A stretch of DNA of 64,000 nt, from the IMG/VR virus record IMGVR_UViG_3300020213_000029, positions 5,652-69,651 of that record; one strand, written 5' to 3'. Made by a program: the position numbers and the translations under genes. The stretch is from a virus. The notes beneath the pieces were generated by a model. The model was not told the origin of the DNA, did no database searches, and saw only the letters and a program-made list of their open reading frames with translations. This document shows, one piece after another, positions 7,585 through 17,250 of the stretch. The number at the start of each line of letters is the position of its first letter. Position 1 is the stretch's first letter.

Positions 7585-8355
7585 TTAGAGGGGCGCTACT
7601 GAGAAGTGTTGCGGCTCCGATTTGCGGGACCGAGAATATTTGGTGCAGTCACTGCACGACCACTTTTGGAAGTGGCTGACGTTGGTGTGGTGAAATCCTC
7701 GCTTCATCAGATGTTCGCTGCCGCAGTGGGGACAGACATGCTGTCCATCGAATTCGGGGATCACCAGTCTTGGTGTGCCAGTAACGTAGGGCATGAGCGC
7801 TTCGTATACTTGTTCCAGGAGAACGACGTCCCGTCGATTATATTTTAGCATCTTGTTCAGCGCAGTCTGGTCTCCGTGATAACAAGATTTCCACAATTGG
7901 AAGTCGGTTTTGAGCTTCTTGCCGAGGCCGAGGATTTCGCCCAGATAATCCAACTTGTTGTACGCTAGCCGAAAGTTTCTCTTGGCCAACTTGCATGTAT
8001 CGATCGACCTCTTAGGACCGATCGGCGTCAGACCGAGTACCAGAAGCCGGTTGTTGAGCATAGGTATATCGAATCTGTCGCCATTGTGAGCGACAACGAC
8101 ATCGGCTTCCCGGATCATCTCAGCCAATTCAAATACGATTCTGCTGTCGTTTTGGTCTATCGCCTCTTGCGGTGTGACGCAGCCGGAAGTGATCGTTTTT
8201 TCGCCGAGCCATTTAGCGGACCACGTAAGCAAGAAACTGTCGTGGATGAGACGATCATGCGTAACATACTGGTCGGTGGGATGCCATATGTGTGCCAACA
8301 GAGGCCCACTCTCGATATCGTACAGCAGCACTCTGAGCTTGGTCATTATCGCCAA
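7585..8355 (-). CDS. DEDD/RNase H-like 3'-5' exonuclease with C-terminal Zn ribbon
   Basis: YDIES, AHNGDRFD, IDT, KLDYL, YN..DV; CPHCGS..C.DC. Confidence 0.85.
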   Translation of the reverse strand: MAIMTKLRVLLYDIESGPLLAHIWHPTDQYVTHDRLIHDSFLLTWSAKWLGEKTITSGCVTPQEAIDQNDSRIVFELAEMIREADVVVAHNGDRFDIPMLNNRLLVLGLTPIGPKRSIDTCKLAKRNFRLAYNKLDYLGEILGLGKKLKTDFQLWKSCYHGDQTALNKMLKYNRRDVVLLEQVYEALMPYVTGTPRLVIPEFDGQHVCPHCGSEHLMKRGFHHTNVSHFQKWSCSDCTKYSRSRKSEPQHFSVAPL

Positions 8356-8500
8356 TCAGTCATTATATTATCGTCGCGGGCTCCCGCGTATCAGACTGAT
8401 GTCCTCCATCTTAACACAGGATCTCTGTATAGTCCTTCTGTAGGGAGCCCGTTTATACGGATAAACAGAGGTACCATGTGAGCCCGACCGATCTCTGTCG

Positions 8501-11500
8501 ATGATAGTTAGGTCGCTCAAAGAGGAGCCTTTGCCTGTGTCAGACTACCTTTCTTTCCGGTTGCCCGAGTCTTTTATCGAGACCTACAAGGAGGGCAAGC
8601 CAGATTGGAAGTTTGGGATTGGGGGCGGCAATTCGCTGTCAGAGCTGACCTTTATTGGTAAGTATTCCCGCAAAAAGGGGGATGGGACGAAGGAACAGTG
8701 GTTCGATGTTTGTGAGCGTGTGATCAACGGCATGTACTCCATACTCAAGGATCACTGCACCCACCAGCGCACGCCATGGAATGAGTTCAAAGCACTCAAA
8801 AGTGCGCAGGATGCCTACGAACGAATGTATTCGTTCAAATGGTTGCCCCCTGGCCGGGGTCTGTGGATGATGGGGACGGACCTTGTCCACGGCGAAGGAC
8901 ACTCCAACGGTTTGCAAAATTGCTCCTTCATCAGTACCGCCAAACTGTCCACACACTCAGCGTGGGAAGCAACCGGTCCATTCATCCGAATGATGGAACA
9001 GGCAATGTGGGGCATTGGTTGTCTTGCCGAGGGTTCTATAATTATGACTTCCGATGGTCCTAAACCTATCGAGACTCTCGGTGGGGCTTGTGATGTCATC
9101 GTCGACGGAGTGAAACATCATTCCCCTACGGGGTCATGGTTCACCGGCGAAAAGAACGTTGTAGAGATCCGGACCAATGAAGGCTTTCGCCTTAAGCTGA
9201 CTCCCGACCATCAGGTAAAAACAGTAATCTACCGACGCTCAACAAACAATGTAGTCAGATGTGAATCAATCTGGAAAGAAGCACAAGCACTACTCCCGGG
9301 AGATCTAGTCGCACTGAGTCACGCCGGAGAGTATATCTGGGGAGGCGCAGGCACCTTTGATGAGGGTTATCTGGTCGGAGCCGTACTGGGGGACGGGTGG
9401 CTGGATGATGGGGGACGAGCGTTTGCCGCAGCTTACCGCAAAGATCACAACATGGAAGGGATAAAGCGACAGTGCGAAATCAGCGGTCAGTACGTTCCCC
9501 GACGCAACTGTGCTGGGGGTTGGCGTACTAAAAACAAAGACTGCGACATATACTCGGTAGGATCATGGGTATTTGATTATCTGTCTAAAACTCCTAAAAA
9601 TGTCAAGCCCACTGTCGAAGGGACGGGGGCTGATTTCCATATAGGGTTCCTTCGAGGGCTCTTCGATGCAGACGGATCAGTCATCGACTCCGGCCCCGAG
9701 GGTAGAGTTGTGAAGCTCACTCAAAGCAATCAAAACACATTGGAAGTCGTTCAACGCATGCTGTTAAGATTTGGAATAAGGAGCAACATAACGGTCAAGC
9801 GAGCCGAACAAGTGGAAGCCACAATTCTCGGGAAGGTGACCGTTTCAAATCCAGCCTGGGATCTTCAAATCGGGAAAGACGGAATCTCCAAGTTTGTGGA
9901 GATGATTGGCTTCTCGGAGGGTCCGAAGTCTGAGAGATTACTCGCAATGGGAAAGGATAGGCCATACCGTAGCAAACAGCGTCTTCATGCAGCGGTCACT
10001 GAAGTCCTCGCCTTGGACGAAAAAATGCGAACCTATGACATGTCGGTTCCAGACATCCAGACGTTCGATGCGAACGGCATGCAGGTCCATAATTGTGGCA
10101 GCGACACTCGGGGTGCGGGTCGGCTCATTCTAAACCAACCCATCGACCGCACCGAGATATTTACGGTACCAGACAGCCGAGAAGGGTGGGCCGAATCTGT
10201 CGGCAAACTTCTGGAATCATTTTTCTTTAAGAATCGTCCACGTCTGGAACACAACTATGATCTGATCCGGCCTGCTGGCTCTCCGCTGCAGCGGTTCGGT
10301 GGTTTTGCGTCGGGTCCGCAACCTTTGATCGACTGCCACGAATCGATCCGTGCCCAACTAGAAGATCGGGCGGGCGACCATATCACTAGCCGAGATATCA
10401 CCGACATTATCAACAAGATCGGCAAGGCAGTACAGGCCGGTGGCACTAGGCGTAGCGCTCAGATCATGTTCGGCGACCCCGACGACAAAGACTTCGTGAA
10501 CATCAAAAATTGGGAACTGGAAGAGAACGTCGAGCGAACCGGACCTGATGGTTGGGCGTGGAATTCGAATAATTCGGTCTTCGCGGAGACCGGTATTGAG
10601 TATTCTGATCTTGTTGAAACGATCAAGATTAACGGAGAGCCCGGCCTGTTTTGGTTAGAATTGGCGAGGTCATATGGTAGAATGGTTGACCCTCCAGACG
10701 GGAAAGATTGGCGTACCGTAGGTTCTAATCCTTGCGCTGAGCAGACGCTTGAACACATGGAAGTATGCACATTAGTAGAGATGTTTCCGAACCTTCATAA
10801 CGACTTCGACGATTTCAAACAAACGATTAAAGCGGCCTACCTTTATGGCAAAGCCGTTACACTGTTACCGACAACGTGGCCAGAAACAAACGAGGTCATG
10901 GCCCGCAATCGTCGGATCGGATGCTCGATGTCTGGGCTCGCCCAGTTCGTGGAAGAGCGGGGCTGGATGCAGCTCAAAACGTGGATGGACGACGGTTACA
11001 GTTTTCTGGTTCATCGAGACACAAAATACTCTGAATGGCTGGCGGTACGGGAATCCATCAAGAAGACCAGCATCAAACCGAGCGGCACAGTATCCATTGT
11101 GGCGGGTGTGACGCCGGGAGTGCATTGGCCGGTCAAATCGGGCTACTATATTCGTCGAATCCGCTACACGATATTCGACCCGATCGTAGACGTGCTCAAA
11201 GATGCCGGGTACGATGTCGAGCCGAGCTACGACGACCCAAGCAACACCGTCGTAGTATCCTTCCCCACTCGGGGACCGGTCATGCGGGACGAACGCAATG
11301 TCACCATCTGGGAAAAAGTAGAACTCGCTGTACTGGCGCAGCGATATTGGGCGGACAACCAGGTCAGTGCTACGATCTCATTCATGCCCCACGAAGTTGA
11401 CCAAGTGGCGCACGTGTTGTCCGCCAAAGACGGGCAACTGAAAAGTATTTCGTTCCTGCCGATCACAGACGCAGGGACATCGCATCGGCAAGCGCCCTAT

Positions 11501-11638
11501 GAGCCGATCGAAGCTTTCACTGCAGAGGCGATGATGGCGAAGATCAAACCGATCAGCCTAGATCGGCTCTACGGCCGGGAATCCTTGGAGGCCCAAGGCG
11601 AACGCTTCTGTGATACCGAACGTTGCGAACTACGCTAA
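8501..11638 (+). CDS. nrdJ: Class II (B12-dependent) ribonucleotide reductase with intein (true start probably ~8531-8537)
   Basis: PPGRGLW, NC, GGTRRSA, NPCAE, IKPSGTVS, NQVSAT, C-terminal FCDTERC. Confidence 0.92.
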   Translation: MIVRSLKEEPLPVSDYLSFRLPESFIETYKEGKPDWKFGIGGGNSLSELTFIGKYSRKKGDGTKEQWFDVCERVINGMYSILKDHCTHQRTPWNEFKALKSAQDAYERMYSFKWLPPGRGLWMMGTDLVHGEGHSNGLQNCSFISTAKLSTHSAWEATGPFIRMMEQAMWGIGCLAEGSIIMTSDGPKPIETLGGACDVIVDGVKHHSPTGSWFTGEKNVVEIRTNEGFRLKLTPDHQVKTVIYRRSTNNVVRCESIWKEAQALLPGDLVALSHAGEYIWGGAGTFDEGYLVGAVLGDGWLDDGGRAFAAAYRKDHNMEGIKRQCEISGQYVPRRNCAGGWRTKNKDCDIYSVGSWVFDYLSKTPKNVKPTVEGTGADFHIGFLRGLFDADGSVIDSGPEGRVVKLTQSNQNTLEVVQRMLLRFGIRSNITVKRAEQVEATILGKVTVSNPAWDLQIGKDGISKFVEMIGFSEGPKSERLLAMGKDRPYRSKQRLHAAVTEVLALDEKMRTYDMSVPDIQTFDANGMQVHNCGSDTRGAGRLILNQPIDRTEIFTVPDSREGWAESVGKLLESFFFKNRPRLEHNYDLIRPAGSPLQRFGGFASGPQPLIDCHESIRAQLEDRAGDHITSRDITDIINKIGKAVQAGGTRRSAQIMFGDPDDKDFVNIKNWELEENVERTGPDGWAWNSNNSVFAETGIEYSDLVETIKINGEPGLFWLELARSYGRMVDPPDGKDWRTVGSNPCAEQTLEHMEVCTLVEMFPNLHNDFDDFKQTIKAAYLYGKAVTLLPTTWPETNEVMARNRRIGCSMSGLAQFVEERGWMQLKTWMDDGYSFLVHRDTKYSEWLAVRESIKKTSIKPSGTVSIVAGVTPGVHWPVKSGYYIRRIRYTIFDPIVDVLKDAGYDVEPSYDDPSNTVVVSFPTRGPVMRDERNVTIWEKVELAVLAQRYWADNQVSATISFMPHEVDQVAHVLSAKDGQLKSISFLPITDAGTSHRQAPYEPIEAFTAEAMMAKIKPISLDRLYGRESLEAQGERFCDTERCELR
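9020..10093 (+). mobile_element. Intein with LAGLIDADG endonuclease in nrdJ
   Basis: CLAEGS...TPDH...FLRGLFDADG...YD..V....VHN|C. Confidence 0.9.
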
Positions 11639-11720
11639 ACATCTCCTTTAGCTGTTCGTCTTATATTGCAAGTGTTGCACGAAGCCACGAGGTTATCCGG
11701 AGCAAACTCTCATAAAATAT

Positions 11721-11888
11721 TCATACGATGATCCAGTTCGACGGGAGAGCCTCATGTCTCGGGTCGCCGACGAACTCCGGCGACCTGTCTTCGGAAAAAC
11801 ATGAGACTGTATTCGGAATCCTGGGATCGTTTATCGCATACCGCAATCTCCAGATTCCGTCAACCGAACGCTCTGTAACAACTCTCAT
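11721..11888 (-). CDS. Microprotein (55 aa) ending LPSNWIIV, not in ORF track
   Basis: MRVVTERSVDGIWRLRYAINDPRIPNTVSCFSEDRSPEFVGDPRHEALPSNWIIV*; ATGA overlap with upstream gene. Confidence 0.7.
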   Translation of the reverse strand: MRVVTERSVDGIWRLRYAINDPRIPNTVSCFSEDRSPEFVGDPRHEALPSNWIIV

Positions 11889-12103
11889 TCGACAGAAGGG
11901 TCCGAGTTAAGGCGCCAGTCACGGACACCGCACCGACAATGGCCCACTTGATATGCTCCACTGATAATCACCTTCCATCCGCACGCCTGACACTCGACCT
12001 CAATCAGTGTCGCCTGCAGCGCTCTTTCCTCGCTGTTCCGCACGGGAGGCGTTACCCTCCGCATCCTTGAACCAAGTCCCGCCTTTTTGGTTTCGTCGTC
12101 CAC
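11885..12103 (-). CDS. Small Zn-ribbon protein
   Basis: CQACG...CRCG. Confidence 0.5.
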   Translation of the reverse strand: MDDETKKAGLGSRMRRVTPPVRNSEERALQATLIEVECQACGWKVIISGAYQVGHCRCGVRDWRLNSDPSVE

Positions 12104-12350
12104 CGATGTCCTTCGCTTCCCACAAAAATTTCTCTGGATCCACTACGATATACTTATTTTGGGCGAGCTTCTTGAGCCGCCCTTGCGCCACCATCATTCG
12201 CTGATAACGGTTGGCCGAAAATAATGCCACCCCCAGGTTTTCTGCCAACTCGGACATCCCGACCGACAGATAACCTTCCCGAGTTTTGGTACGCCACATC
12301 CAGATGTGAAGAGCATGGATATCCAGTGGGGCACCCTTCACTCGACTCAA
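12000..12350 (-). CDS. Putative winged-HTH DNA-binding protein
   Basis: MSELAENLGV...ANRY...M...GRLKK. Confidence 0.55.
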   Translation of the reverse strand: MSRVKGAPLDIHALHIWMWRTKTREGYLSVGMSELAENLGVALFSANRYQRMMVAQGRLKKLAQNKYIVVDPEKFLWEAKDIGGRRNQKGGTWFKDAEGNASRAEQRGKSAAGDTD

Positions 12351-12649
12351 TTTGCCGCTCCGTCTCCAGCGCCATTTTCGTTCAATCTTTTGGTCAGATT
12401 GGCCGATGGATGAAAGCTGACGGCGAGCCGTGCGGGCACGGTCAGCACGTCACCAGTTTTTGGATTTCGGCGGCGAGTTTGTTTGCGCTGGATGATCTCA
12501 AATTTCCCGAACCCAGTCAGTCGTACCGGGTTGCCGAGGGTCAGCTCTTCCGCTGCAAGAGCGAGCAGAGCCTGCAGTGTGCAATCAACGGCGTAGGTGT
12601 CGAGCCCGGTATCTGCAACGATTCGGGCCACCATCTCACTTCGGAACAT
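12347..12649 (-). CDS. HU/IHF family DNA-binding protein
   Basis: VRLTGFGKFE...R.RRNPKTG....PAR..VSF.PS. Confidence 0.9.
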   Translation of the reverse strand: MFRSEMVARIVADTGLDTYAVDCTLQALLALAAEELTLGNPVRLTGFGKFEIIQRKQTRRRNPKTGDVLTVPARLAVSFHPSANLTKRLNENGAGDGAAN

Positions 12650-12727
12650 CTCGATCCTCTCTGTCCTCCCGTACTGTAGCACATTTATCGCTGCAGATGC
12701 AAGAAATTCCGGACTCTTATAAAATTA

Positions 12728-12736
12728 TGATATAAT
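12728..12736 (+). promoter_or_regulatory. Extended -10 promoter
   Basis: TGATATAAT. Confidence 0.6.
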
Positions 12737-12831
12737 CCTGCTCGTTTAACAACGTTGGACAACTCGACTGGTGAGCCAGGACTGCCTAACCCGCAAATTT
12801 ACCTGCCACCTGGAAAGCTCAGTCGGCTCAG

Positions 12832-13302
12832 TTGTCCCAACTTTATAAAAAGTTCGAAATCCAGTGGGACCCCCACACCCAAAACCAGGGAGACCAGATG
12901 AAACAACAGCCCAGGTCAAAGCGCTACTCAGTAGTGACAGTGAAGCAAAAATTGCCGGATGGCACCGTCGTTGTTACCGACACGCAATCCCGATACAACC
13001 CCCAACAGATGAAGAAGATCGTTGGCCGGTACCAGAGGATGGAAAATGTTCCGGCAATGCTGCCTGACATGGACACCAGATCAGGTCGGAGGAATATGAC
13101 CTCTGCAGCGATAATCAAAATGGCGCCGCAGGCACAGAGCAACCGTAAGGTTGCGACCTCGGGGGGTTGTAGGGGGGCAGAGCGCTCAGAGCGAAGCGAA
13201 AGCGGAGCCCCCCTACGGAAGGACCGAGCGGCCCTCCGGCACGACATCAACCGGAAGTTCACGTTCTCGGCTTACGGGGTAAAACGGTCATGGCTCAGCT
13301 GA
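12832..13302 (+). CDS. Basic hypothetical protein (start probably 12898)
   Basis: GGGAG RBS before ATG 12898. Confidence 0.4.
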   Translation: MSQLYKKFEIQWDPHTQNQGDQMKQQPRSKRYSVVTVKQKLPDGTVVVTDTQSRYNPQQMKKIVGRYQRMENVPAMLPDMDTRSGRRNMTSAAIIKMAPQAQSNRKVATSGGCRGAERSERSESGAPLRKDRAALRHDINRKFTFSAYGVKRSWLS

Positions 13303-13343
13303 GATAGTGGAGCCGTCACAGGCGGTGTGAAGGGGAATATGGG

Positions 13344-13634
13344 ATGACAAGGATGAACTGGGATCGGGTCCGCATGGAAAATAAGATGCGAACCTATGGA
13401 CCGGTTTCGGCGCCGAGGTATCCTAAGGCAAATAGCCCGAGTAAATCTCCGCCGCTCCGGCCGAAACGGGTTAAGAAGCCAATGAAGCCGGTATTCCGGG
13501 CCAAGTACTTCAGTACCTGTCCGCTGTGTGGTCAAACCATCACCCCGGGAGTACCGATTAAACGGGAAGAAGAGACTACCGTACACAGTTCCTGTCTGCA
13601 GCGAAAGAAGATTGGGTTGCATCCGGCGAAGTGA
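13344..13634 (+). CDS. Hypothetical basic protein with C-terminal CxxC..HxxC
   Basis: FRAKY..TCPLCGQ.I.PG..I......HSSC. Confidence 0.6.
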   Translation: MTRMNWDRVRMENKMRTYGPVSAPRYPKANSPSKSPPLRPKRVKKPMKPVFRAKYFSTCPLCGQTITPGVPIKREEETTVHSSCLQRKKIGLHPAK

Positions 13635-13651
13635 GTGGTCGATGAGTTCGT

Positions 13652-13816
13652 ATGGAACACGACGAACCCTTCGCTATCTTTCTGGCCTCCGCTTACGGGT
13701 TCGGTGCCAATTTCGGCCCGATCGGCATCTGGGTGACCGAACCCTGCGGCGAATTCACTCGACTCACCCATCTGCCCACCCCAAAAAATTGGTGCTACGT
13801 CACAATTGCTGGTTGA
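13652..13816 (+). CDS. Microprotein (54 aa) with PKNWCYV near the C-terminus, not in track
   Basis: MEHDEPFAIFLASAYGFGANFGPIGIWVTEPCGEFTRLTHLPTPKNWCYVTIAG*. Confidence 0.55.
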   Translation: MEHDEPFAIFLASAYGFGANFGPIGIWVTEPCGEFTRLTHLPTPKNWCYVTIAG

Positions 13817-13849
13817 CGCTGCAGCGACAAGAGAGTAAGGTATCGCCCT

Positions 13850-14224
13850 ATGGATGCTGAAATCACAGAGTTGGTCGAGAAACTTCGGGGCCGCACCGAA
13901 AAAATCGGGCTGTACGTAGAGCAGGTCGCAGTGGCCTCCCCCACTATGGTCGACCCGGAAGTGGCAGCGAAACTAGAAGCCGACGAATCGCTAAAAGATA
14001 TGCTATCGTCCGGTGAGGTTTCGTTGATCCTGTTCGCCTCGTTTCGTCCGGGCGATGTAGCCTTTTCGGACCGGGTAATAAACGAGGCACGGTACCGTCA
14101 AGAACGTGAGTTCGATACGATCGTGCCGACTACTAAAGAGTTGAAGTATGACCGGATCATGGATAAAATCAAGGACTCTGACGATGACGATGATCCGCTC
14201 GCTTTCCTAGATGAGGAGTTGTAA
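13850..14224 (+). CDS. Acidic hypothetical protein
   Basis: 124-aa ORF with plausible codon usage. Confidence 0.6.
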   Translation: MDAEITELVEKLRGRTEKIGLYVEQVAVASPTMVDPEVAAKLEADESLKDMLSSGEVSLILFASFRPGDVAFSDRVINEARYRQEREFDTIVPTTKELKYDRIMDKIKDSDDDDDPLAFLDEEL

Positions 14225-14226
14225 AA

Positions 14227-14601
14227 ATGGAATTCACGGCGAAAGCGGTGCGTACCACACCCAGAGAGGTGTGGCTGACCCGCGCCGATTGGCAGGCGGA
14301 CCGAGACAAAGGGGTCGATTCGTGGTCCAACGGACTCTCGGACGTGGAGCGTGCAGCGGTACTGAAATTCGTCAGAATCGGCATGGAACAACTGTACGAC
14401 TCTGTTGAGGAATGGATACCGCACGGATTGCAGATCACTGTCGGCGAAACACTAGAGGTAACCTTCAAAATCTTTTTCACTGAGGTGCGGGATGACATTG
14501 ATCGTTCGGCCATCGCGTCGTCGTTTCGGATACGGGAAGCGATCAACGGGAACGAACGAATGGTGGAAGAACTGCAGGGGTTGCATGACAGCGGAGGATG
14601 A
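14227..14601 (+). CDS. Hypothetical protein
   Basis: Tiles with neighbours. Confidence 0.6.
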   Translation: MEFTAKAVRTTPREVWLTRADWQADRDKGVDSWSNGLSDVERAAVLKFVRIGMEQLYDSVEEWIPHGLQITVGETLEVTFKIFFTEVRDDIDRSAIASSFRIREAINGNERMVEELQGLHDSGG

Positions 14602-14959
14602 TGCAGCTGTCGGCACTGGGGAAGGTGACCGTAACGGCATCGTGATGGACCTTTTCCATGACAACAAGATTTTTTGTACGTCCAGCTCAACTACGTTCCA
14701 ATATGCGTCCTCTAGTACGTTCCCGTACACTTCGGACAACGAGCGGGGTTTCACGTTCCCTAGTTTCACTGGGCGGAAAACTAGTCCGGATCTTGCAGCG
14801 AGAATCCGGGGACTCTACATGGAAATGCTGGATACGCCCCTCACTGCCGACATGCTGATTGAATGGGATAAGCTGCAGGCATCCATTAAAGAAGTCGAGG
14901 CTGTAGCGAAGAAATATACTCGCCTCATCGAAAAAGAAATCGCTTCCAAGCTGGATTGA
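14585..14959 (+). CDS. Hypothetical protein
   Basis: In-frame ATG within track ORF 14492-14959. Confidence 0.5.
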   Translation: MTAEDDAAVGTGEGDRNGIVMDLFHDNKIFCTSSSTTFQYASSSTFPYTSDNERGFTFPSFTGRKTSPDLAARIRGLYMEMLDTPLTADMLIEWDKLQASIKEVEAVAKKYTRLIEKEIASKLD

Positions 14960-14963
14960 GATA

Positions 14964-15134
14964 ATGATTACTTATCAGACAATTATACGAGATGTCTCCG
15001 TTATCTCTGAATCTGACTTTGACCTTGTATATTCTCGGCATCGTAAGTTTGGTCAACTGCGAGCCAAAGTCTTATGGGGCGGTGAGACCGGTGATCATTG
15101 GATTAGCCTGCCCAACAGCTGGGTCGTGGTGTGA
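14964..15134 (+). CDS. Microprotein (56 aa) ending LPNSWVVV, not in track
   Basis: MITYQTIIRDVSVISESDFDLVYSRHRKFGQLRAKVLWGGETGDHWISLPNSWVVV*. Confidence 0.65.
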   Translation: MITYQTIIRDVSVISESDFDLVYSRHRKFGQLRAKVLWGGETGDHWISLPNSWVVV

Positions 15135-15295
15135 TGCTCCTCTTGGGATGGCGGCTTGGTATGCCTGTCATGTCCGAATATCTGGCTGGTACCACCGTTG
15201 AGTTGGTATGGTACCATCTTGGCCCAGAAGTGCGATCAAATGGGCGTAGATCCTATGAATCCGTTTATCTTCCCAACAACTGGATAGCTGTTTAA
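15134..15295 (+). CDS. Microprotein (53 aa) ending LPNNWIAV, not in track
   Basis: MLLLGWRLGMPVMSEYLAGTTVELVWYHLGPEVRSNGRRSYESVYLPNNWIAV*; TGATG coupling to previous ORF. Confidence 0.65.
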   Translation: MLLLGWRLGMPVMSEYLAGTTVELVWYHLGPEVRSNGRRSYESVYLPNNWIAV

Positions 15296-15327
15296 AACAA
15301 TGATGATCAGTCCGATTATGCTACCAA

Positions 15328-15933
15328 ATGGGCCAAACGGGATTCAGAACGCAGCGCACTCGGTCAAAAGGTGGACGCAGAACCGATCTTGGCGACACCT
15401 ACTTCCGCTCCAGCTGGGAGTCGGATTGTGCCCGCTATCTGAACTATTTGATCACTCAGGGTACTGTTCTCTCGTGGGAGTTCGAACCAACAATATTCGA
15501 ATTTCCGGTGAAACGAGGGACGACTCGTTACTTGCCCGATTTCCGCGTTGTCTTCCCTGATGGGCGCCACGAATGGTGGGAAATAAAGGGTTGGATGGAC
15601 CCCGCCTCTAAGACCCGGTTGAGCCGGTTTGCCAAATACTTCCCAGAAGAAACACTCGTCCTTATAGACGCCCCCGCCTTTAAACTTATACAGACGGAAT
15701 ATGGTAACATCCTTCCTGGTTGGGAAAACCGGACAACGAAGAAGGTAGCTGTATGCGACTCCTCGTCGGAGCCCCCTGTGTCCGTAGGGAATGGATCATC
15801 ACTGAGTGGTTCTACCACATCCTCCACGGCGTCAAAGTCCTCAATGAGTTCCAAGAAACCGAAGTCGCCTTCATCCTCCTCGGCGGAGAAACCGATCCCA
15901 CGTTCACAAAAATCCAAGAAATCCTCCAAGTAG
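15328..15933 (+). CDS. PD-(D/E)XK endonuclease (DUF1064/TnsA-like)
   Basis: YFRSSWE..ARYL, WEFEP, YLPDF, EIKGW. Confidence 0.8.
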   Translation: MGQTGFRTQRTRSKGGRRTDLGDTYFRSSWESDCARYLNYLITQGTVLSWEFEPTIFEFPVKRGTTRYLPDFRVVFPDGRHEWWEIKGWMDPASKTRLSRFAKYFPEETLVLIDAPAFKLIQTEYGNILPGWENRTTKKVAVCDSSSEPPVSVGNGSSLSGSTTSSTASKSSMSSKKPKSPSSSSAEKPIPRSQKSKKSSK

Positions 15934-16460
15934 TCGACCTCAATGTCTACGTCGAATACATCGATGAGCCCCGCATAGAGGATAAACGGGATTGGGCTGA
16001 GGATCGCTATCATCGGATGGTGGCGCTGCGTAACCGGCTGTTGGGCAAGGCGAGAGGGATCGGCCCCGACTACTTTTTGAGTGTTGACACCGACGTGTTG
16101 CTGCACCCGAACTGTATAAAAAACTTGGTCGAGTCGGCACAGACGTTTGATGTGGTCGGCGGGCGGTGTTACATGAGTTACCATAACGATGCCCCGTCGA
16201 ATATGATTATCGGTAAGCTGTCCAATCAGCGAATCGATTCCCGGTTCGTGATCCCGGTCGACGTAGTGATGGCGATCAAGCTGATGAGCCCAAAAGCGTA
16301 CGGTTTCGACTACCAGTACAATTATCGGGGCGAGGATCTTGGAATCGCCGAAAAGTGGAGGGAAGCGGGGCTCACGATCGGTTACGATGGACGAGTGGGC
16401 AACAAGCACTGCATGTCTCCGGACGATCTCCACAAGTTCGATGAGCGGATCGGCTGGTAA
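15753..16460 (+). CDS. GT-A fold glycosyltransferase
   Basis: LRN.LL, DYFLSVDTDVLL, GEDLG. Confidence 0.75.
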   Translation: MRLLVGAPCVRREWIITEWFYHILHGVKVLNEFQETEVAFILLGGETDPTFTKIQEILQVVDLNVYVEYIDEPRIEDKRDWAEDRYHRMVALRNRLLGKARGIGPDYFLSVDTDVLLHPNCIKNLVESAQTFDVVGGRCYMSYHNDAPSNMIIGKLSNQRIDSRFVIPVDVVMAIKLMSPKAYGFDYQYNYRGEDLGIAEKWREAGLTIGYDGRVGNKHCMSPDDLHKFDERIGW

Positions 16461-17224
16461 TGATAGCCACTACCGTTGTGGTGGTTAATTATCGGACGCC
16501 GGATCGGTTGCAGACCTTTGTCGACTCCTATCGGGCCACTGCGCCAGACGATACTGAGCTGTTTGTGGTTGATGTGGACCCTGTGAGCCCGTTTGGATGG
16601 GACAACGTGCCCGGAAATTACATTATAATGACCGAGAACGACGGATATGCAGCGGCTTGTAATCTCGCATCGCAAGAAGCCAAAGGTAGCGTGCTAGCCT
16701 TCTTCAACGCCGACGTAGAACTCCTCGACGGGACCATTAGTAGAACCACTGCCGCACTTCTCGACAATCCCGATTGGGGCGTTGCAGGACCGCTGCAGTA
16801 TTCGTCCGCTGGGCGGTTGACTCACGCCGGAATCTTTGGTACTCTGGATGCGCCGAGGCACCGTGCCTGGCAACAACCGGTGAGCGATCAATACCGGGAC
16901 GTCGTCCCGGCTGTAACTGTCGCAGGATCAGCCATCTTCGTTAAAAGAGAATGCTGGCTCGACCTATTGAACTGCGATATTTGGCGTGAACAGTATCCTC
17001 AGACCTTGGGTGCGTTTCCGGACGCATGTTGGCTCTACTACGAGGATACAATGCTCTGCTACCACGCCCATGCTCACGGATGGGGAGTCTTCTACCTTGG
17101 CAGCGCTGAATGTATCCATGAGTGGCATGTATCCATTAACAGATACGGCGACCGTCACTGTGTTGCTGAATCGCAAGCCGAATTTCGAAGATTCTGCGAT
17201 AGGCATGAGATTATACATGATTAG
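16460..17224 (+). CDS. Glycosyltransferase family 2
   Basis: VVVVNY, ENDGYAAACN, FFNADV, LYYEDT.LC. Confidence 0.85.
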   Translation: MIATTVVVVNYRTPDRLQTFVDSYRATAPDDTELFVVDVDPVSPFGWDNVPGNYIIMTENDGYAAACNLASQEAKGSVLAFFNADVELLDGTISRTTAALLDNPDWGVAGPLQYSSAGRLTHAGIFGTLDAPRHRAWQQPVSDQYRDVVPAVTVAGSAIFVKRECWLDLLNCDIWREQYPQTLGAFPDACWLYYEDTMLCYHAHAHGWGVFYLGSAECIHEWHVSINRYGDRHCVAESQAEFRRFCDRHEIIHD

Positions 17225-17250
17225 TTGCAAGTCATCTTTATGGGGGAATT

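Noticed and set aside
11635-11709. Minus-strand fragment EFAPDNLVASCNTCNIRR resembling an HNH C-terminus
   Set aside because: Only about 24 codons, preceded by a stop; at most a remnant and too short to support.
15528-16433. Long antisense ORFs (also 35844-36506, 41063-41851, 52756-53682, 54044-54676)
   Set aside because: They lie opposite well-supported genes and lack recognisable motifs; expected codon-bias shadows.
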